A DNA stretch of 64,000 nucleotides from Octopus vulgaris (taxonomy: Eukaryota), in contig OX597829.1 of NCBI GenBank assembly GCA_951406725.2, positions 41,850,001-41,914,000 of the forward strand, written 5' to 3'. The notes below the pieces were generated by a model. That model searched no databases, was not told where the DNA came from, and saw only the letters and a list, made by a program, of their open reading frames with translations. Of the stretch, positions 1-11,744 are shown piece by piece (positions within the stretch are counted from its first letter, which is position 1; every line of letters starts with the position of its first letter). Position numbers and translations under genes: made by a program.

Positions 1-100
1 TTTCTTTATTTCTTTCCTTCCTTCCTTCTTCTTTCTTTCTTTCTTTCTTTCCTTCTTTCTTCTTTCTTTCTTTCTTTCCTTCCTTCCTTCTTTCCCTCCT

Positions 101-152
<52 letters not shown>

Positions 153-153
153 T
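1..153. repeat. (TTTC)n/(TTCC)n microsatellite
   Basis: Directly visible pyrimidine tetranucleotide repeats. Confidence 0.95.
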
Positions 154-405
154 ACTTATTGAACGACATAATGGGCAAACTATTTAAAAAATTGGAATTA
201 TCCACAAGACATTCTAAAATTCAATCTAGATCAATTCAGAGGAAAACGTAATTCTCATCAGCTATATAAGAACACAGCTCTTCAACCTGTAACCGATTTC
301 ATAAGTGCCAACGCACAAAACTTTCAGACCTTAAATCACTCTGTTGCCTCTGCTACAAGCTAATAAAAAAAAAAGAATATATACATATATTTTTTGGCTT
401 TTGGT

Positions 406-1115
406 CATCATCATCATCATCATCATCATCATCGTTTAACGTCCGCTTTCCATGCTAGCATGGGTTGGACGGTTCAACTGGGGTCTGGCAAGCCCGAAGG
501 CTGCACCAGGCCAGTCAGATCTGACAGTGTTTCTACAGCTGGATGCTCTTCCTAACGCCAACCACTCCGAGAGTGTAGTGGGTGATTTTATGTGCCACCG
601 ACACAGGTGCCAGACGAGGCTGGCAGACGGCCACGCTCGGATGGTGTTTTTTATGTACCACCGACACAGGTACCAGAAGAGGCTGGCAGACGGCCACGCT
701 CGGATGGTGTTTTTTATGTGCCACCGACACAGGTGCCAGACGAGGCTGGCAGACGGCCACGCTCGGATGGTGTTTTTTATGTACCACCGACACAGGTACC
801 AGAAGAGGCTGGCAGACGGCCACGCTCGGATGGTGTTTTTTATGTGCCACCGACACAGGTGCCAGACGAGGCTGGCAGACGGCCACGCTCGGATGGTGTT
901 TTCTTATGTGCCACCGACACAGGTGACAGACGAGGCTGGCGAACGGCCACGATCGGATGGTGTTTGTTATGTGCCCATAGCACGGAGGCCAGTCGATGCG
1001 GTACTGGCTACGGTCATGTTCGGATGGTTTTTTCATGTGCCACCGGCACTGGTACCACAAGGATACAAATTCCATTGATGTTCATCTATTTTGATTTGGT
1101 TTGATTTGATTTGAT
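406..1115 (-). mobile_element. Non-autonomous retroelement (family E) with (GAT)n tail and internal 63-bp tandem array
   Basis: Minus strand ends CCCATGCTAGCATGGAAAGCGGACGTTAAAC(GAT)n. A second copy at 7509-7827 shares the 3' end. The tail style resembles RTE-dependent elements (from memory). Confidence 0.75.
588..1050. repeat. 63-bp minisatellite, about 7.5 units
   Basis: TGTRCC(ACCG) unit start recurs at 591, 654, 717, 780, 843, 907, 970 and 1036. Confidence 0.95.
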
Positions 1116-1267
1116 TTTTTTTTGATTTTTTTTATTTGATTTGATTTTATTTCATCTGCATATAAATTAAAATCACATTGATAAATTTTCAAATATATCT
1201 ATATACATGTATTTCGTTTTTGGATTTGGTTTGCAAGATTCTTTATGTGAGTTCGTGTGTTGAAGCA

Positions 1268-1523
1268 TATTCTGTTGTATCTGGGGAGAGTCATTCTCTT
1301 TTAGTGCCTTATAATTTAACACAGTCACTGGTAAAATTTTCACTTATTCCCTATTTTTATTTTCCTAAAATTTTCATTGCGTCTTGCTAGACTATTGAAA
1401 AGGTTGCAAGACGCAACGAAAATTTTAGAAAATAAAAATAAGAAATAAGTGGAAATTTTACCGGTGAGTGTGTTAAATTATAAGGCACAAAAAGAAAATG
1501 ACTTATCCCACACACAACAGTAT
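1268..1523. repeat. Diverged inverted repeat (arms about 120 bp), probably a fold-back element terminus
   Basis: 1268-1387 is the reverse complement of about 1406-1523, with scattered transitions. Confidence 0.8.
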
Positions 1524-2049
1524 ATACATGTATTTTAATTATAATTCAAGCATATAGAGGCATCCACAAATCACCATTGGTTGGATAATAGAATTTCAAA
1601 AATATCTGAGGAGTTTTAGTCACATCTGAGTACAAATTCTTTGGCTAACTTTGCCTTTCATCCTTCTGGTACCAATAGAATATATTACTGATCAAATGTT
1701 AAGGTTGTGAAACTTGATATGATTGGAATTAAAATAGGACACAAAACAAAAATGATAGCGTCAAAAAGTAATATAGTTTTTAGGTCATGCTGACTTATTT
1801 ATTAAATTGTAATATCAAATAATCCTAAGGCCTAAAAATGTGAAGGACGGAGGTTAGTCAATTATATCGACCCCAGTGTTCCACTGATACTTATTTTATC
1901 GACTTTGAAAGGATGAAAGGCAAGGTTGACCGTGGCTAGATTTGAATCCTGAATATAAAAACAGAAGACATGCCATGAAACGTTTTATTCTGGGGTGTTA
2001 GGGATTCTGCTAGCTTGATACTTTAAAAATTATAGAATAGTAAATGACT

Positions 2050-2500
2050 TTGATGTGGTGTGAAAGAAGGAAAGTTGTAAATCTAGTCGAGTTAACGGTT
2101 CCTCATGAAGACAATATGGACGCCGCTCGGGCTCAAAAGTTTGACCGTTATGTAAACCTCCTTGACGAATGTGAAGACTGGAAAGCAGAATATTTTCCAA
2201 TCGAAGTCGGATGTAGAGGGTTTGTTGGACACAGTGTGAGACGACTGTTGTTATCGTTAGGCCTAACTCATCGTAAAGTCAATACCACCATGACCGATAT
2301 CCAAACTACAGTGGAGAAGGTTAGCCACTGGATTTGATTAAAAAGAGACGATGAGCAATGGCTAGAAGAATATTGAGCTTTATTTGATAACCAGCTGATC
2401 TAGCAAGCGGGGCCTCATATCAGTGAGGGGGGCTGGTGCGCATTGATGCTGTTGAGAAGTAGGCCCCGAAACGGCGCGCATTCTCTCCTGATGACCCCAT
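2050..2500 (+). mobile_element. 3' end of HERO/NeSL-like non-LTR retrotransposon (restriction-like endonuclease)
   Basis: VELTVPHED...KFDRY...FPIEVGCRGFVG...SHWI*LKR matches the REL C-terminus of this group; premature TGA at 2335-2337; structured 3' UTR follows. Confidence 0.8.
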
Positions 2501-2679
2501 ACACTTGCTGGCTTCCGGTATGTGGAGTTTTTGACTGGTAGCACTTGCATGTGCAAGTTGTTTGCAAGACATCAGAATAGTTCAATATGACAGGCGTCTG
2601 TTGGAAAGACGTTAATGACCACTTCCCACCCCATTTCTTAACAGCTTGCAGATCCACCTCAAGACAAGCTGGAGAAATG

Positions 2680-2785
2680 TTTAGCTGACCGAGTTAGTAG
2701 TGAAGGTGGTAGTTCTGACTGCATAGCTCCTGGAATAAGAACAGGCTGGGCTACCTTTGCTGGTAACAAAGGACCTCTCCCACAC
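2680..2785 (+). mobile_element. Highly degenerate RTE reverse transcriptase fragment
   Basis: LADRVSSEGGSSDCIAPGIRTGWA resembles the RTE motif YLGD..SS.GG....I.ARIR.GW.KF. Confidence 0.45.
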
Positions 2786-2924
2786 AGATGAACAACAACA
2801 ACTCACAATCTTAGGGCAGCTGCTGCTCCTGTTGAAGGGAATTTCGGAGTATTAAAAAGGTTTCTAGAAAAAAAAAAGTCACAGAAAAAATTGCACATTT
2901 TATTCAAAAAACTATATAAACAAT

Positions 2925-3158
2925 AAACAATTGCAGCGTGGAAGGTGTTTATAAGCCATTTAAGAAACACACAAAAGCCGTTCGATTCACTTCAACATTT
3001 AAGTTTAATTTGACAAATTAAACTTAAATGTTGAAGTGAATCGAACGGCTTTTGTGTGTTTCTTAAATGGCTTATAAACACCTTCCACGCTGCAATTGTT
3101 TTCGTTTCAGCACACGATCTCAGATCAAATTACTTGCTATGCGAGTACATCTCCGTAA
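2925..3158. mobile_element. Palindromic mini-element: 88-bp arms plus 57-bp tail, with 12-bp TSD
   Basis: Arms 2925-3012 and 3014-3101; TATATAAACAAT at 2913-2924 and 3159-3170; related copy at 38159-38372. Confidence 0.85.
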
Positions 3159-3330
3159 TATATAAACAATTAAAGTAATAAAACAAAAATACTTAAAATC
3201 AGTTTTTGACTGACAAAACATGACTAGTACACAATTTATATCTGATGACATCACACATGTGAAAAGACAACATTTTATTCAATTTCATAAGCAAAGACAA
3301 AGAAATATAAACCAATCAGTTATTAAATAA

Positions 3331-3698
3331 CTAGCACTATGACCCGGTGTTGCAGGGTCATAGTGCTAGTGCATGCATATACAGCTGCGTGCGTGTGCAC
3401 ATACACCGAGTACTGTCCAAATCTCCGACCAATCACATACAGCTAGCTGGCATTCAATTGGCATATCAAGTTTCGGGCATTTTGATTGGGTTTTGGACAG
3501 AAAATTCAGAAAAAAGTAACTTCTATTGATTTTTTTAATGGCTTTGCGGGGTGACTGGGGAAATGTAAAGATGTGCACGACCACCCTTGGACGGTTTTGA
3601 ATGACCATAGAAAGTGCGAGCCCTCTAACTGAAAAATTGTGAATTTGTATAAAGGACACACACACAGATATTTTGCCATTTATATATATATAGAGAGA
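3331..3698 (-). mobile_element. Non-autonomous Helitron
   Basis: Minus strand reads A|TCTCTCTATATATATAT...hairpin CTAGCACTATGACCC/GGGTCATAGTGCTAG|T: 5'-TC and CTAG-3' ends inserted between A and T. Confidence 0.8.
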
Positions 3699-3899
3699 TA
3701 CTTGACATGTATAGATTGAAAACACCTTACATTGTATCATGGTATTACAGTTACAGTTATATTCAGTATTTTTAAGGTTGATGACTAAAGACAACTATTC
3801 CAGTCAACACCACAAAGAAATTCTGCCACAGTCATGTGATGGTTCTCCTGTTGAGAAACACAAGTTTTTCAGTGACTTTTCCCATTTTTTTCATTCATC

Positions 3900-4268
3900 A
3901 GAAAGTCTTAAACAAGCGAGAAACCACTTAGTGTAAGGAAAATGAAAAATAAGAAAAATAAGATGAAAGGAATGTACTTATCCTCAGACTTGACAGAGTT
4001 CAGGCCATAAGAAGGGGGAAAAACAATGAGATAGAAGAGAGTCACAAAGTCTGGGTGTTTAAGGAAAAAAAGCTACAATTGTAGCAAGACTTCCTTATTT
4101 GAGGAAGCACAACAGCTTTTGGATGAAGACACTGTGAGTGTCAATATGACAAGGGTTGGAGAGTCAAAGCAAGGAAGGGACCAATCAAATTAGAGACTTA
4201 CTTCTGAACCCTGTCAAGGGAATCCAAATGATAAGATGGTGCATCTGCTCTAATATGACAATAGTATA
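3900..4268 (-). mobile_element. Degenerate 3' end of CR1/Jockey-like LINE ORF2
   Basis: Minus translation YYCHIRADAPSYHLDSLDRVQK*VSNLIGP...LQPLS...SFFP*TPRL.DSL resembles a LINE thumb/C-terminal region. Confidence 0.55.
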
Positions 4269-4271
4269 CTT

Positions 4272-4995
4272 TCGGTGTGAAAGTATAGAAGCTCTTGTGT
4301 TAAAGCAAAGGTTCAGATGGAGTGGTCATCTGGTCAGGATGAAGGATTCAAGGATGCCAAAACAACTCTTTTATGGAGAGTTAGCTAAAGGAGAACGACC
4401 TCCACATAAACCAAAAAAGAGGTATAAGGACTTGCTGAAGGCTTCCTTAAGAGATGCTTGCATCTCTCCTGACACATGGGAAGGCATAGCTATTGATCGT
4501 AGCAGGATTGTGCACGAGGGGACAGCCACTTTTGAGAAATCTCGAGTTGCACATGAGAAAGTAAGGAGGGATGTGAGGAAGGGCATCGCTGTTACACTTC
4601 CAGATGGGAAGGGTCTTCTTTTGATGCTGACATGCAATGTCTGTGCAAGACCCTGCCTCAGTAAAGCTGGACTCATGAGTCATCTTCGTAGTCATAAAAT
4701 GAGACAGATGAGTAACAACCTGGCCACTGGTGGTGGTGTAACACACCATACTAATCATATTTGTCGGGCATGTGGAAGAGAGTGTAATTCGGCAGGAGTA
4801 CTTAAACGACATGCAAAGGTACATGAAGCCCAATTACAACTACAGCCGGCTATTGGCTGGTAAAGGTTTTAGCTGCCAATTCTGTACAAGACATTGTAGA
4901 TCTTTAGCTGGGCTAAAAAGTCACATTCGATCACAGCACCAATAACAGTTAAGCTTTGTGCAATGGCCATACGCGATAACGAGGGGGAAGCCATA
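4272..4995 (+). mobile_element. 5'-truncated RTE LINE with three C-terminal C2H2 zinc fingers
   Basis: SIEALVLKQRFRWSGHLVRMKDSRMPKQLFYGEL; fingers CNVC..H..H, CRAC..H..H and (after a frameshift) CQFC..HIRSQH; short 3' UTR runs into (ATGT)n. Confidence 0.9.
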
Positions 4996-5214
4996 ATGTA
5001 TGTATGTATGTATGTGCGTATGTATGTGCGTATGTATGTATGTATGTAGGTATGTATGTAGGTATGTATGTATGTATATATGTAAGTAGGTATGTATGTA
5101 TGTATGTATGTATGTATGTATCTATTTATGTATGTATGTATGTATATATGTATGTGTGTATGTATGTCTGTATGTAGGTATGTATGTATATAGGTATGTA
5201 GGTATGTATGTATG

Positions 5215-5248
<34 letters not shown>

Positions 5249-5528
5249 TGTATGTATGTATGTATGTAGGTATGTATGTATGTATATATGTATGTATGTG
5301 CGTATGTATGTATGTATATATATATATGTATGTATGTATCTATTTATGCATGTATGTATATATGTATGTGTGTATGTATGTGTGTATGTAGGTATGTATG
5401 TAGGTATGTATGTATGTATATATGTATGTAGGTATGTATGTATATATGTATGTATGTATGTATGTATCTATTTATGTATGTATGTATATATGTATGTGCG
5501 TATGTATGTCTGTATGTAGGTATGTATG

Positions 5529-5562
<34 letters not shown>

Positions 5563-5806
5563 TACGTATGTATGTATGTATGTATGTATGTATGTATGTA
5601 TGTATCTATTTATGTATGTATGTATATATGTCTGTATGTATGCATGTATATATGTATGTATGTATGTATGTATGTACGTACGTATGTATGTATGCATGTA
5701 TGTATGTATGTAATGTATGTATGTATGTATGTATGTACGTACGTATGTATGTATGCATGTATGTATGTATGTATGTATGCATGTAGGTATGTAATGTATG
5801 TATATA
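4996..5806. repeat. (ATGT)n microsatellite, expanded RTE tail
   Basis: Directly visible; begins at the RTE 3' end. Confidence 0.95.
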
Positions 5807-6179
5807 TGTGGTCAGTAGTCTACCCTATCTTATACACATGAACACTTACAGACAGCCATAAAAACAGCCACAACAAAAACAGTAACAACAAACATTACAA
5901 ATACAACAATAAACGTCTCTATACAAACCTTGTTTGCTATTTTTCATTGATGGCAAACAACTGGATGTAAAAAGCACTTGTCTTCTGATCTGATTTGAAA
6001 TCTGAGCCAATGTGTGTGCATGCGCGCGCGTGCATGTGTGTGTGTGTTTGTATGCATGTATGCATGTATGCATGTATGTATGTATGTATGTGTGTTTGCA
6101 TGTATGTATGTACGTATGTATGTATGTGTGTGTGTATGTGTGTGTGTATGTATGTATGTATGTGTGCGTATATATGTAT

Positions 6180-6335
6180 GTATGTTACAGTTTTCATCTG
6201 CCAAATCCATTCAAAAGGCTTGGGTTGGCCGTGGATTATAATCGAAGACATTTACCCCAAGTGCTATTCTGTGGGACTGAACCCATAACCATGAGTATAG
6301 AAAGCAAACTTCTTACCTCATAGCAATGCCTGTGA
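6180..6335 (-). mobile_element. SINE family A (tRNA head plus CORE-like domain), degenerate 5' part
   Basis: Similar to the full copies at 45411, 53210 and 63381. Confidence 0.7.
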
Positions 6336-6965
6336 TTTTTTTCCTGAGACTTTTTACCTGGGTTTGTACTTCAAAACCAAAGATTGTCACAATTTTTTGT
6401 GTCTTCTGACATTAAAAAATTTTTTGCATTTACACAAAAATCTAGGCTTGCATTCATAAAGAAATGATTTTGGGCCTAATGGAGTAGGATTCCTACTACC
6501 CTGGGGGTTGGCCACTGTAATATGTAGGAGTGGAAAACAACACTAAAGGATGAAGAATGACTTACAAGTGAAATGGTTCTGAATAGAAAGAGAAAAAAGT
6601 GGTATCATGATGGAGAAGACAATATGAGGAGGCGGGGATGATTGACTGATATATGACTTGCCTGCTCTTGCTTATGATAACCCATCAAAGGTGATGACAG
6701 CATCGATTCAAGACATTCCTGCCCCTCTGGCACAATAGATTCTTATGGGAGCAGACGTGGTTGACAAGACTGATATGAGTATAAATTATTGATTTAAATA
6801 ATTTAAAAAATTTTAACTTTAATTTAAATATTCAAAATTTTGAATTTTATATTTTATATATTTATTATTAATTAATTTTATTTCTATGTATTGGTTTATG
6901 TTTTTCACTATTTGATTTGCCTAATAGTGGTTTTATCTCTAATTTAAAATAATAATATATATTAT

Positions 6966-7230
6966 GGCACAATGGCCCAGTGGTTAGGGCAGCGGACTCG
7001 CGGTTGTAGGATCGCTGTTTCGATTCCCAGACCGGGCGTTGTGAGTGTTTATTGAGTGAAAACACCTAAAGCTCCACAAGGCTCCGGCAGGGGTTGGTGG
7101 CGATCCCTGCTGTACTCTTTCGCCAAAACTTTCTCTCACTCTTTCTTCTGTTGGCCTGCTCGCTTAGCCAGCGGGGTGGCGTCATTTGAAGGCTAAAACA
7201 ATGCGAACGCATTGTGACCAGCGATGTGTA
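6966..7230 (+). mobile_element. SINE family C (tRNA-derived head), alternative 3' tail
   Basis: A box TGGCCCAGTGG and B box GTTTCGATTCC; shares about 175 bp with the copies at 14971, 28402 and 45963, then diverges. Confidence 0.85.
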
Positions 7231-7508
7231 GCCTGCATATATCTTCAAGCAAAATAAACACATGCATCATAACTCGTTGTTTACATGGTGAGAAACACTA
7301 GCAAACGCCACTGTCTGAATTTGTACAAAGGCATGAATTTGATAAGCCTAAAAACATTCAAGTAATCACTAGATCAGTGGTTCCCATGTGACCTTTATAT
7401 TTTCCTCATCTCCAAATACTATAAACACATGTGTCATATGCTTGTCTGTTTACATGATGGGCAATGTATTCCACAGATGGAACTATCAGCAAACAACAGC
7501 AAACACCA

Positions 7509-7827
7509 TCATCATCATCATCATCGTTTAACGTTCATTTTCCATGCTAGCATGGGTTGGATGGTTTGACCCGGGTCTGGGAAGCCAGGAGGCTGCACTA
7601 GGCTCCAGTCTGATCTGGCAGTGTTTTTACAGCTTGATGCCCTTCCTAAAGCCAACCACTCCGCGAGTGTAGTGGGTGCTTTTTACGTTCCAGGGGAGGC
7701 TGGCAATGGCCATGATCGGTTGGTGCTTTTTATGTGCCACCGGCACAGATGCCAGTCAAGGTGGCGCTGGCATCGACCGCTAGTCAAGGTGGCGCTGGCA
7801 TCGACTGCCAGTCAAGGTGGCGTTGGC
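7509..7827 (-). mobile_element. Family E retroelement, second copy
   Basis: Homologous to 406-650; (GAT)n tail. Confidence 0.8.
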
Positions 7828-7890
7828 TGTATGAATTTGTACAGAGGCATGACTTGAGTAAGCCTAAAATCAATTAGTTAATCACTAGAT

Positions 7891-7965
7891 CAGTGGTTCC
7901 CAAACATTTTTTTTTTTGCTGTGGAATCCTTCAACATTATTTTTAAAAACATGGAAACCCTGTAA
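7891..7965 (+). mobile_element. hAT (Charlie-like) terminal inverted repeat remnant
   Basis: CAGTGGTTCCCAAAC preceded by CACTAGAT (8-mer with central TA); duplicated stub at 7375; no partner end found. Confidence 0.45.
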
Positions 7966-8199
7966 AATGTTTTACCACAAATTAATAATACAAAATAAGA
8001 AAATGGAGAAATACACCTTAATCAATAATCAACTACTAGATAATACCCAATCACATAATTTATTAACCCACTACATATGAACATCAAGGTCAAACATAAT
8101 AGTACAGAACAAAACAATGCACATCAATGAGTAATATGATACAATAAGTACAATATGTATAAGTAAATATAAATAAATATAAATATAAATATAAACTAC

Positions 8200-8326
8200 A
8201 TCTTACAGCTGTTTCAGCCATGTAGATATGGGTATCTCATTATGCTCATATTAGCCAGGTGTGATAAGTTAATATGTGGTTACAAATGAGACACTTACAA
8301 AAATATCCCAAGGCCTCTTTAGAGAT
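8200..8326 (-). ncRNA. Hammerhead ribozyme relic (core mutated to CTAAAGA)
   Basis: Minus: ATCT CTAAAGA GGCC...GGCT GAAAC AGCT GTA AGAT; stems I-III form, catalytic G5 is changed to A. Confidence 0.65.
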
Positions 8327-8683
8327 TATAAAGTACAATCTAAATATGAATATCAGAGGAGGTACACCCATACAAGAGTGGGTACATACCCATAATATAT
8401 AATATACACATACATATGAGTGCCTATACCCATGCTCCTATATATATATACACATATACATAATAATATATAATAATATACATACATATATTCTATATTC
8501 AAGGTTACAGTTAGTCAAATCAATATATTAAAATATTACAATATACAAACATACACATATCTATATGCAAATGTACATATACAAAGTCAAGAGTTCATTA
8601 TATTAAGTTACAAAATGCCATTAATATTACTATCATTATTATTACCGTTACCACTATTGTTACTAATATTATTATTATTATTA

Positions 8684-8727
<44 letters not shown>

Positions 8728-8814
8728 AACAATAATACCAGTAAAACAATATGTGCATCACGCGGTTCACAGTACATATTATGTGGAAAAAACCAGGTAG
8801 AATACATCAACAGC

Positions 8815-8878
<64 letters not shown>

Positions 8879-8920
8879 TATATATATAATCAAAATGAGC
8901 AACAAGGATATCCAAGGTAG

Positions 8921-9008
8921 TGTAGTACAATCGTTTCATGCTACTTCATTCTATTAAACAATGTAAGTGTTACATCAGTTTTAAAATGTAGAGCAATCTT
9001 CAGTCACA
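8921..9008 (-). ncRNA. Degenerate type I hammerhead motif
   Basis: Minus: TGTGA CTGAAGA TTGCT...AGCAT GAAAC GATT GTA CTACA; core intact, stem-closing pairs mismatched. Confidence 0.6.
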
Positions 9009-9189
9009 TATAGAATTTTTTTTAATTAAATGGACAATGTACATTTTTATACTTATTTCATTTGCCAACATTACAAAGAGGGTAGATATATATAGAGAGA
9101 GGTTAATTTCATCATTAGGAACATGGTAGTAGAAGATCCATATATATATATAGTCAACTTATGACGAAAGTAAGCAAAATTTGTTTTAG

Positions 9190-9512
9190 AAGATACAGAA
9201 ATAATTTTTTAATTCTCAAATGTGTGATAATGGTAATAAAATAGTGTGAATAGGATAAATTATCCATACGCGACTTTGATGTTTGTTCTTATGAAGCTAA
9301 ATTTATAAGTTCTAAAATTGCAGAAAAATTTGTTACTGGGCAGTTTAGCTTAATAGTAAAGCACTTGATGCATAATCACAGGGATGTGAGTTCAAGTGTC
9401 ATGGCTGGCCTGTGACATATTTTTCTGCAATGTATGGATAATTTATCCTGTTCATGCTATTTTATTAGCATTATCACACGTTTGAGAATAAAAATATTTA
9501 TTTCTGTATCTT
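9190..9512 (+). mobile_element. Inverted-repeat element with a central tRNA-like sequence (9338-9410)
   Basis: Arms 9190-9269/9432-9512 and 9318-9336/9412-9430; A box TAGCTTAATAG, B box GAGTTCAAGT. Confidence 0.6.
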
Positions 9513-9792
9513 TGTGTATATATATATGTAATGGTTAAAATTGAATTGTAAGCGATATTATGAGGATGTCGAAGTCAGCAATTGTAACGATAAAGATTTG
9601 TTGTTATAATTGCATGCTGTTAGATGTGGGAGATGAACCATGCATGAAGTTTTAAGAAAGTATTTATTTACCGTTACGCTACAATACCTTGCCTCAAGGA
9701 GCAGGTTAATGATACATCCCAAAGCGTGCAAAGTAAAGTATGTGTTTGTGTTCTCTTCATTGTTTAGTAGTAGTACTAATTGCTGAGAGAGA

Positions 9793-10132
9793 TAGGCTGA
9801 TGTTGTAAGAGAACAGAATTAGAGCTAGAGAGAATTGTAGGGTGTTGTCTCACGGTTGCTTATGCATACATACATACATGCATACATACATACATGCATG
9901 CATACATACAAATATACATACATACATACACACACATACACACACATACATACATACATACATACATACGTGTAGGAGTGCCTGTGTGGTAAGAAGCTTG
10001 CTTGCCAAGCACATGGTCCCGGGTTCTGTCCCACTGCGTAGCACCTTGGGTAAGTATCTTCTATTATAGCCTCCTGGCCAACCAAAACCATGTGAGTGGA
10101 TCTGGTAGGTGGAAACTGAAAGAAGCCCATCG

Positions 10133-10171
<39 letters not shown>

Positions 10172-10460
10172 CTGTGTTTGTCCCGCCACCATTGCTTGGG
10201 GTCGATTTGTTCTGCAAAAAGCTGTACTCCAGCATAGCCACAGACTGAAACAAATAAAAGAATATATATATATATATGGGAGCAACTACTTTGAAGACTC
10301 ATATTGTCGTTGAATGCTTGAAATGAAGAGTGGATAGACAGCTGATGACTGATGAAGGGTCATTCATTGTGTTACTTATCCTATTTTCCTTTAGGCTGAT
10401 GTTGTAAGAGAACAGAATTAGAGCTAGAGAGAATTGTAGGGTGTTGTCTCACAGTTGCTT
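9793..10460. repeat. 69-bp direct repeats flanking a 530-bp composite insert containing a SINE A copy
   Basis: 9793-9861 equals 10392-10460 with one mismatch. Confidence 0.9.
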
Positions 10461-11076
10461 TCTCCCTTTGACCAAGGTTCTAGCTGGTCAGCCAGACTTC
10501 GTTGAGTCATCACCGACTGTGACAATCTGATTTTTGCTTGGGGTATGCTTGCTTTTATAACTATCTAGAAGGATAGATATATCATTGAAAACAATAGATT
10601 TAGCTGGTGGTCTTGTTATCTCTATTCTAGCTTTTAGTGAAGTAGAAGAGGTTAGAAAGGGTCAAGTGAAGACATTATTTCGGCCTAGCTAAAGGCATCT
10701 GGAAAATGTAAAATTGCTGTCAGAGAAAAACCATTGTTCCATTGTGGGAAAAGTTTTGTAACAGTGTTAATTTAAATTTGGCTGTGGTTGATCGAATCCA
10801 CTTCATGCATGCAAGATTCACTGCACACACACACTTATATACGTTTTTATTATTTTTTTGCAATTTACTTAATCATTGACATTTTATTGTTATTTTAATT
10901 TTAATATTTCTATTATATGTAATTTTCTAGATGGTGTAATTTAATTGTTCATTTTGAATTGATAAAAGGTGTTTTTTTTTCTAATTTTTTTTATATATAT
11001 TATATTGTGTGAAATTTGATTTAGTATTTCTAAATTGAAATTTTTTTCCTTGTAAGTTTGGATTTATATTCCCTTA

Positions 11077-11120
<44 letters not shown>

Positions 11121-11121
11121 C

Positions 11122-11155
<34 letters not shown>

Positions 11156-11679
11156 TATAGCAAATAAGAAAATGGAGATGCATTTAACTTGATTTTGTGG
11201 AACTCTTTTTTTTGCTCCTGGACTCCAACCTACCATGGTTTTTATGAGATGAACTTTTTGACGTACATTTTTGTTTGAGGGGAGTAAGAAAAATTTGTTT
11301 AGTCGATTGATATTTCATTTTATATAGAATTTTAGTCGCATGACAGGCTTTAGAATTTTTAGTCAATTGTATATACCTTCTTGATAGGCTGTTCTATATA
11401 TCTGTATTTTTATTTGCATATATATTTCTTTTACCTTCTGCGTTTTTTTATATATGTATTCTTTATATGTTAAATGCCATGCTAATATTTTTTTATCAAA
11501 TGTTTAGAGGTATGGTGTTATATATAAAGTTGTTGACTCGAATTTGATGTTTGTTCTCTAATAATCTCCGACTCAATTAAATTTGAGCACTTCTTTTTTG
11601 CAGTCTTATAAATCCTTTTGTCTCCATAAAAAAGGCAAAAATTATTTCTTGTCGTATATGTACACACACACACACACAC

Positions 11680-11744
<65 letters not shown>

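Noticed and set aside
452-1104. Overlapping repetitive ORFs on both strands; CRISPR-like periodicity
   Set aside because: A 63-bp unit (multiple of 3) without stops explains the ORFs. There are no unique spacers or cas genes, and the context is eukaryotic.
2455-2500. GAAAC and CTGATGA in the HERO-like 3' UTR as a hammerhead
   Set aside because: Stem II cannot form (CCCC opposite CCCC), and CTGAT pairs with an upstream ATCAG instead.
5208-6323. MYVC/HTYI, IYIY, poly-I, poly-N and poly-K ORFs here and throughout the window
   Set aside because: These are translations of microsatellites.
10441-10700. Exon-like segment after a TTTTCCAG acceptor on the minus strand
   Set aside because: All three frames hit stops shortly after the acceptor; no recognisable protein.
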